Shown here: positions 5,628 through 8,264 of the stretch, piece by piece
Numbering within the stretch: the stretch's first letter is position 1
Layout: every line of letters starts with the position of its first letter
Source of the DNA: a virus
Lineage: Duplodnaviria; Heunggongvirae; Uroviricota; Caudoviricetes
Strand: one strand, 5' to 3'
Virus record (IMG/VR): IMGVR_UViG_2713896782_000021
DNA length: 8,264 bases
Notes under the pieces: generated by a model
Told to the model about the DNA's origin: nothing
Database searches by the model: none
The model's input: only the letters and a program-made list of their open reading frames with translations
Translations under genes and position numbers: made by a program

Positions 5628-7565
5628 GTGACTCTTAAACGGGCCTGTTCCCTGCTGACGGTGAAATCCTTCAGTGAGGATGAACGGGTGATCACCGGGA
5701 TTGCGTCAACGCCTTCTCCGGATCGGGATGGTGACATCCTGGAGCCGGAGGGCGCGGAGTTTGGCAGTGCGATCCCGTTTCTCTGGCAGCATGACCATTC
5801 CCGCCCGGTGGGGCAGTGTACGGTGCGCCGGGTCAGCGAAGGGCTGGAAATCACGGCAACACTGGTGAAGCCCGTACCGGATATGCCGTCGCAACTGGCT
5901 GCCCGGCTGGATGAGGTCTGGGCGGCCATTAAGACCGGGCTGGTCAGGGGGCTGTCCGTGGGCTTCCGTCCCCATGAATACACCTTTCTGGACGGAGGCG
6001 GACTGCATTTTCTGCGCTGGGAACTGATGGAGGTGTCTGCCGTCACCGTGCCCGCGAATGCGGAATGCACCATCCGGACCATTAAATCTTACGACCGCCC
6101 GTTTTCTGCCGCGTCCGGCAACCGGAAACCGGTGGTGAAAATCGCATCTTCTGCCGGCGCTGCGGCACAGTCAACAACCGTTTTTCATAAGGAAAAGACC
6201 ATAATGAATATTGGCGAACAGATTAAAAGTTTTGAAAACAAGCGTGCAGCGCTGGCAGCCTCCCTTGAGGAGGTCATGACCAAAGCCGCAGAGGAAGGGC
6301 GCACGCTGGATGTGGAGGAGGAAGAGCATTACGACAACACCGCAGCGGAAATCCGTCAGGTGGATGCGCACCTGAAGCGCCTGCGTGAACTGGAAGCCGG
6401 TAAGGCCGCCACGGCGCAGCCGGTGAAACAGGCCGGTAACGGGAATGTGGCCGCGGTGGCTTCTGCGCCGGTGATCCGTGTGGAGCAGAAACTGGATAAG
6501 GGGATTGGCTTCGCCCGCTTTGCCAAATCGCTGGCTGCGGCTAAAGGCGTCCGATCTGAAGCCCTGGAAGTGGCCCGTCGTCAGTATCCGGATGACAGTC
6601 GTCTGCATCATGTCCTGAAATCGGCAGTGGGCGCGGGGACCACCACGGATCCGCAGTGGGCAGGCAGCCTGTCTGAATATCAGGAATACGCACAGGACTT
6701 TATTGATTACCTGCGTCCGCAGACCATTATCGGGCGATTTGGTCAGGGCGGGATCCCTGCACTTCGTCAGGTGCCATTCAATATCCGTGTGCACGCCCAG
6801 GTGTCCGGCGGTGCTGCCGGCTGGGTGGGTGAGGGTAAGGCAAAACCCCTGACGAAGTTTGATTTTGAATCCATCACCTTCAGTCATGCGAAGGTGTCGG
6901 CCATTGCGGTACTGACGGAAGAATTGATCCGTTTTTCCAGTCCGGCTGCTGATGCACTGGTCCGTAATGCGCTGGCGGAAGCGGTGGTGGCGCGTCTGGA
7001 TACAGACTTTGTGGACCCGAAAAAAGCCGCAGTGGCAGATGTCTCCCCGGCGTCCATCACCCATGATGTGAAGGGCACGGCATCAACCGGTAACCCGGAT
7101 GCGGATGCCGAGGCTGCGTTTGGACAGTTTGTGGCAGCAAACCTGCAGCCCACCGGTGCGGTCTGGCTGATGTCCAGCACCAATGCCCTGGCACTGTCCA
7201 TGCGTAAAAATGCGCTGGGTCAGAAGGAATACCCGGACATGACCCTGCTGGGTGGCTCCTTCCAGGGGCTGCCGGTGATTGTCTCCCAGTACGTGGGTGA
7301 CCAGCTGGTGCTGGTGAATGCCCCGGATATTTATCTGGCGGATGACGGCGGCGTGGCAGTGGATATGTCCCGCGAGGCATCACTGGAAATGCAGTCTGAG
7401 CCGGGCGGCGACAGTACCACGCCGTCCCCGGTGGAGCTGGTTTCCATGTTCCAGACAGGCAGCGTGGCCATCCGTGCGGAGCGCTGGATCAACTGGCGTC
7501 GTCGCCGTACTGCGGCGGTGGCGGTGATCACCGGAGTGAACTACGGCAGTGCGTCCGGCGGCTGA
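5628..7565 (+). CDS. Prohead protease (S78/HK97 family) fused in frame to major capsid protein (HK97 fold), 645 aa
   Basis: GTG start with AGGAGG 5 nt upstream. N-terminal about 180 aa carry S78 protease motifs (WQHDHSRPVG, GLSVGFRP, ELMEVSAVTVPANAEC). From about residue 193 the sequence is a typical capsid N-terminal delta/coiled-coil region (MNIGEQIKSFENKRAALAASLEEVMTKAAEEGRTLDVEEEE...) followed by the capsid body. No stop codon between the two domains. Confidence 0.85.
   Translation: MTLKRACSLLTVKSFSEDERVITGIASTPSPDRDGDILEPEGAEFGSAIPFLWQHDHSRPVGQCTVRRVSEGLEITATLVKPVPDMPSQLAARLDEVWAAIKTGLVRGLSVGFRPHEYTFLDGGGLHFLRWELMEVSAVTVPANAECTIRTIKSYDRPFSAASGNRKPVVKIASSAGAAAQSTTVFHKEKTIMNIGEQIKSFENKRAALAASLEEVMTKAAEEGRTLDVEEEEHYDNTAAEIRQVDAHLKRLRELEAGKAATAQPVKQAGNGNVAAVASAPVIRVEQKLDKGIGFARFAKSLAAAKGVRSEALEVARRQYPDDSRLHHVLKSAVGAGTTTDPQWAGSLSEYQEYAQDFIDYLRPQTIIGRFGQGGIPALRQVPFNIRVHAQVSGGAAGWVGEGKAKPLTKFDFESITFSHAKVSAIAVLTEELIRFSSPAADALVRNALAEAVVARLDTDFVDPKKAAVADVSPASITHDVKGTASTGNPDADAEAAFGQFVAANLQPTGAVWLMSSTNALALSMRKNALGQKEYPDMTLLGGSFQGLPVIVSQYVGDQLVLVNAPDIYLADDGGVAVDMSREASLEMQSEPGGDSTTPSPVELVSMFQTGSVAIRAERWINWRRRRTAAVAVITGVNYGSASGG
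6204..7565 (+). CDS. Major capsid protein, possible independent product from internal initiation (453 aa)
   Basis: In-frame ATG 6204 preceded by AAGGAA (6189-6194, 9-nt spacer); the encoded N-terminus MNIGEQIKSFENKRAAL is a canonical HK97-type capsid start. Whether it is actually used is an inference. Confidence 0.45.
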   Translation: MNIGEQIKSFENKRAALAASLEEVMTKAAEEGRTLDVEEEEHYDNTAAEIRQVDAHLKRLRELEAGKAATAQPVKQAGNGNVAAVASAPVIRVEQKLDKGIGFARFAKSLAAAKGVRSEALEVARRQYPDDSRLHHVLKSAVGAGTTTDPQWAGSLSEYQEYAQDFIDYLRPQTIIGRFGQGGIPALRQVPFNIRVHAQVSGGAAGWVGEGKAKPLTKFDFESITFSHAKVSAIAVLTEELIRFSSPAADALVRNALAEAVVARLDTDFVDPKKAAVADVSPASITHDVKGTASTGNPDADAEAAFGQFVAANLQPTGAVWLMSSTNALALSMRKNALGQKEYPDMTLLGGSFQGLPVIVSQYVGDQLVLVNAPDIYLADDGGVAVDMSREASLEMQSEPGGDSTTPSPVELVSMFQTGSVAIRAERWINWRRRRTAAVAVITGVNYGSASGG

Positions 7566-7580
7566 GTCTGATAAGGAGGA

Positions 7581-7600
7581 CGGGAGGCGTGCGCCTCCCG
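7581..7600 (+). other. GC-rich hairpin immediately downstream of the capsid stop
   Basis: CGGGAGGC (7581-7588), loop GTGC, GCCTCCCG (7593-7600). No T-tract follows, so more likely an mRNA-stabilising or translational-spacing element than a terminator. Lies between a strong SD (AAGGAGG 7573-7579) and ATG 7610. Confidence 0.4.
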
Positions 7601-7609
7601 TAACAGGTT

Positions 7610-7831
7610 ATGGCAAAGATCCGATATCTGCAGGGCACGCATGATGCCCGGGCCGGGGATATCCGTGATGTGGCACAGCCGTGTGCGGAGGTGCTGGTTC
7701 GCCTGGGAAAGGCGGAGTACATCACGGTGCGACGTCCGGCAGGTCAGAAAAAGAAACGTGATGCGGAGCATGGCGAATGTGGAACCTTTTACGGCGAACC
7801 CGAAAAAACCAGAAATCAGGACGTGACGTAA
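7610..7831 (+). CDS. Hypothetical 73-aa protein between the capsid and portal genes
   Basis: ORF MAKIRYLQGTHDARAGDIRDVAQPCAEVLVRLGKAEYITVRRPAGQ... with SD-hairpin-ATG arrangement upstream. Overlaps the proposed portal start by 55 nt in another frame. No recognisable motif. Confidence 0.25.
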   Translation: MAKIRYLQGTHDARAGDIRDVAQPCAEVLVRLGKAEYITVRRPAGQKKKRDAEHGECGTFYGEPEKTRNQDVT

Positions 7832-8264
7832 GAGAGGCGGGCTGGACCAGCCTGTTTCAGGCGGTGGCTGAGCCCTTTTCCGGCGCCTGGCAGCAGGGCG
7901 TGAAAGCCGATCCTGAAGCCGTCCTCTCCTTTCATGCGGTGTTTGCATGTATTTCGCTGATATCCCAGGATATCGCCAAAATGCGGCTGCGTCTTATGCA
8001 GACGGATGCGCATGGGATACGCAGGGAAACGCGCCGGGGGGATATTGCCCGCCTCTGTCGTCGTCCCAACGCCCAGCAGAACCGCATCCAGTTTTTTGAA
8101 CTGTGGCTGAACGCCAAACTGCGTCATGGCAATACGGTGGTGCTGAAAATCCGTAATGCCCGGGGGCAGATCAAAGAACTGCGTATTCTGGACTGGAGCC
8201 GGGTTGAACCTCTGGTGGCGGATGACGGCGAGGTGTTCTACCGCATCACGCCGGACCGGAACTG
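7777..8264 (+). CDS. Portal protein (HK97-type), 5' portion; continues beyond the window
   Basis: ATG 7777 with GGAG 8 nt upstream. Translation MWNLLRRTRKNQ...AVLSFHAVFACISLISQDIAKM...RRPNAQQNRIQFFELWLNAKLRHGNTVVLKIRNARGQIKELRILDWSRVEPLVADDGEVFYRIT matches the portal N-terminal pattern (aCv..i..., rPN...f.e....LL.GNay..i.r..G.i.eL.pl.p..v......g...Y). Not in the ORF track because it has no stop in the window. Confidence 0.8.
   Translation, partial: MWNLLRRTRKNQKSGRDVREAGWTSLFQAVAEPFSGAWQQGVKADPEAVLSFHAVFACISLISQDIAKMRLRLMQTDAHGIRRETRRGDIARLCRRPNAQQNRIQFFELWLNAKLRHGNTVVLKIRNARGQIKELRILDWSRVEPLVADDGEVFYRITPDRN

Larger units (their letters stand above)
1..8264. mobile_element. Prophage late region (lambdoid / HK97-like): lysis-module remnant, moron segment, cos-like region, DNA packaging and head genes
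   Basis: Co-linear + strand genes with recognisable phage family motifs: KilA-C antirepressor, lambda-Rz-like spanin, HNH endonuclease, P27-type TerS, HK97-type TerL, S78 prohead protease, HK97-fold capsid, portal. No integrase or att site is visible, so the element boundaries lie outside the window. Confidence 0.85.

Noticed and set aside
5615-6082. 155-aa - strand ORF (and overlapping 5706-6008 ORF) opposite the protease domain
   Set aside because: Antisense shadow ORFs of the protease-coding region; low-complexity Ser/Arg/Pro-rich translation.
6171-7064. 297-aa ORF on the - strand inside the capsid gene
   Set aside because: Antisense to a well-supported GC-rich coding region. The translation is Arg/His/Cys/Gly-rich junk typical of reverse-frame ORFs in high-GC genes, with no SD-spaced start or motif.
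6884-8127. - strand and off-frame ORFs overlapping the capsid 3' end and portal 5' end (6884-7201, 7057-7383, 7318-7527, 7331-7531, 7528-7725, 7541-7948, 7641-7826, 7816-8127, 7932-8117)
   Set aside because: They overlap the capsid and portal frames and show no motifs; compositional artefacts of the GC-rich region.
1-8264. CRISPR arrays, tRNA/rRNA genes, integrase or att sites
   Set aside because: No spacer-repeat periodicity, no tRNA-like cloverleaf candidates and no recombinase motifs seen; the window appears to be internal to the prophage.

Overview
This window reads as the late region of a lambdoid, HK97-like prophage from an enterobacterial host, with nearly all genes on the + strand. 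In order: a possible terminator hairpin; an antirepressor (AntA-like N-terminus, KilA-C C-terminus); two tandem single-helix micropeptides; an Rz-type i-spanin, interrupted by two N-masked runs (1260-1309, 1525-1613); an AT-rich moron segment carrying a lipoprotein whose mature part is a TonB C-terminal domain; a small ribbon-helix-helix-like gene on the - strand; an HNH endonuclease; a cos-like non-coding region with GTTAAC palindromes; terminase small and large subunits; an in-frame prohead protease-major capsid fusion ORF with an internal RBS and ATG at the capsid N-terminus; a small ORF; and the 5' part of a portal gene running off the window. The most interesting candidate is the TonB C-terminal-domain lipoprotein in the classical bor/cor moron slot, which I hypothesise is a decoy that blocks TonB-dependent phages and colicins. 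Other points worth a second look are the protease-capsid fusion, the TerL -> protease/capsid -> portal gene order, the GTTAAC repeats upstream of terS, and a spanin with no holin or endolysin beside it. All calls come from reading the sequence and recalling family motifs; no database search or computation was run.
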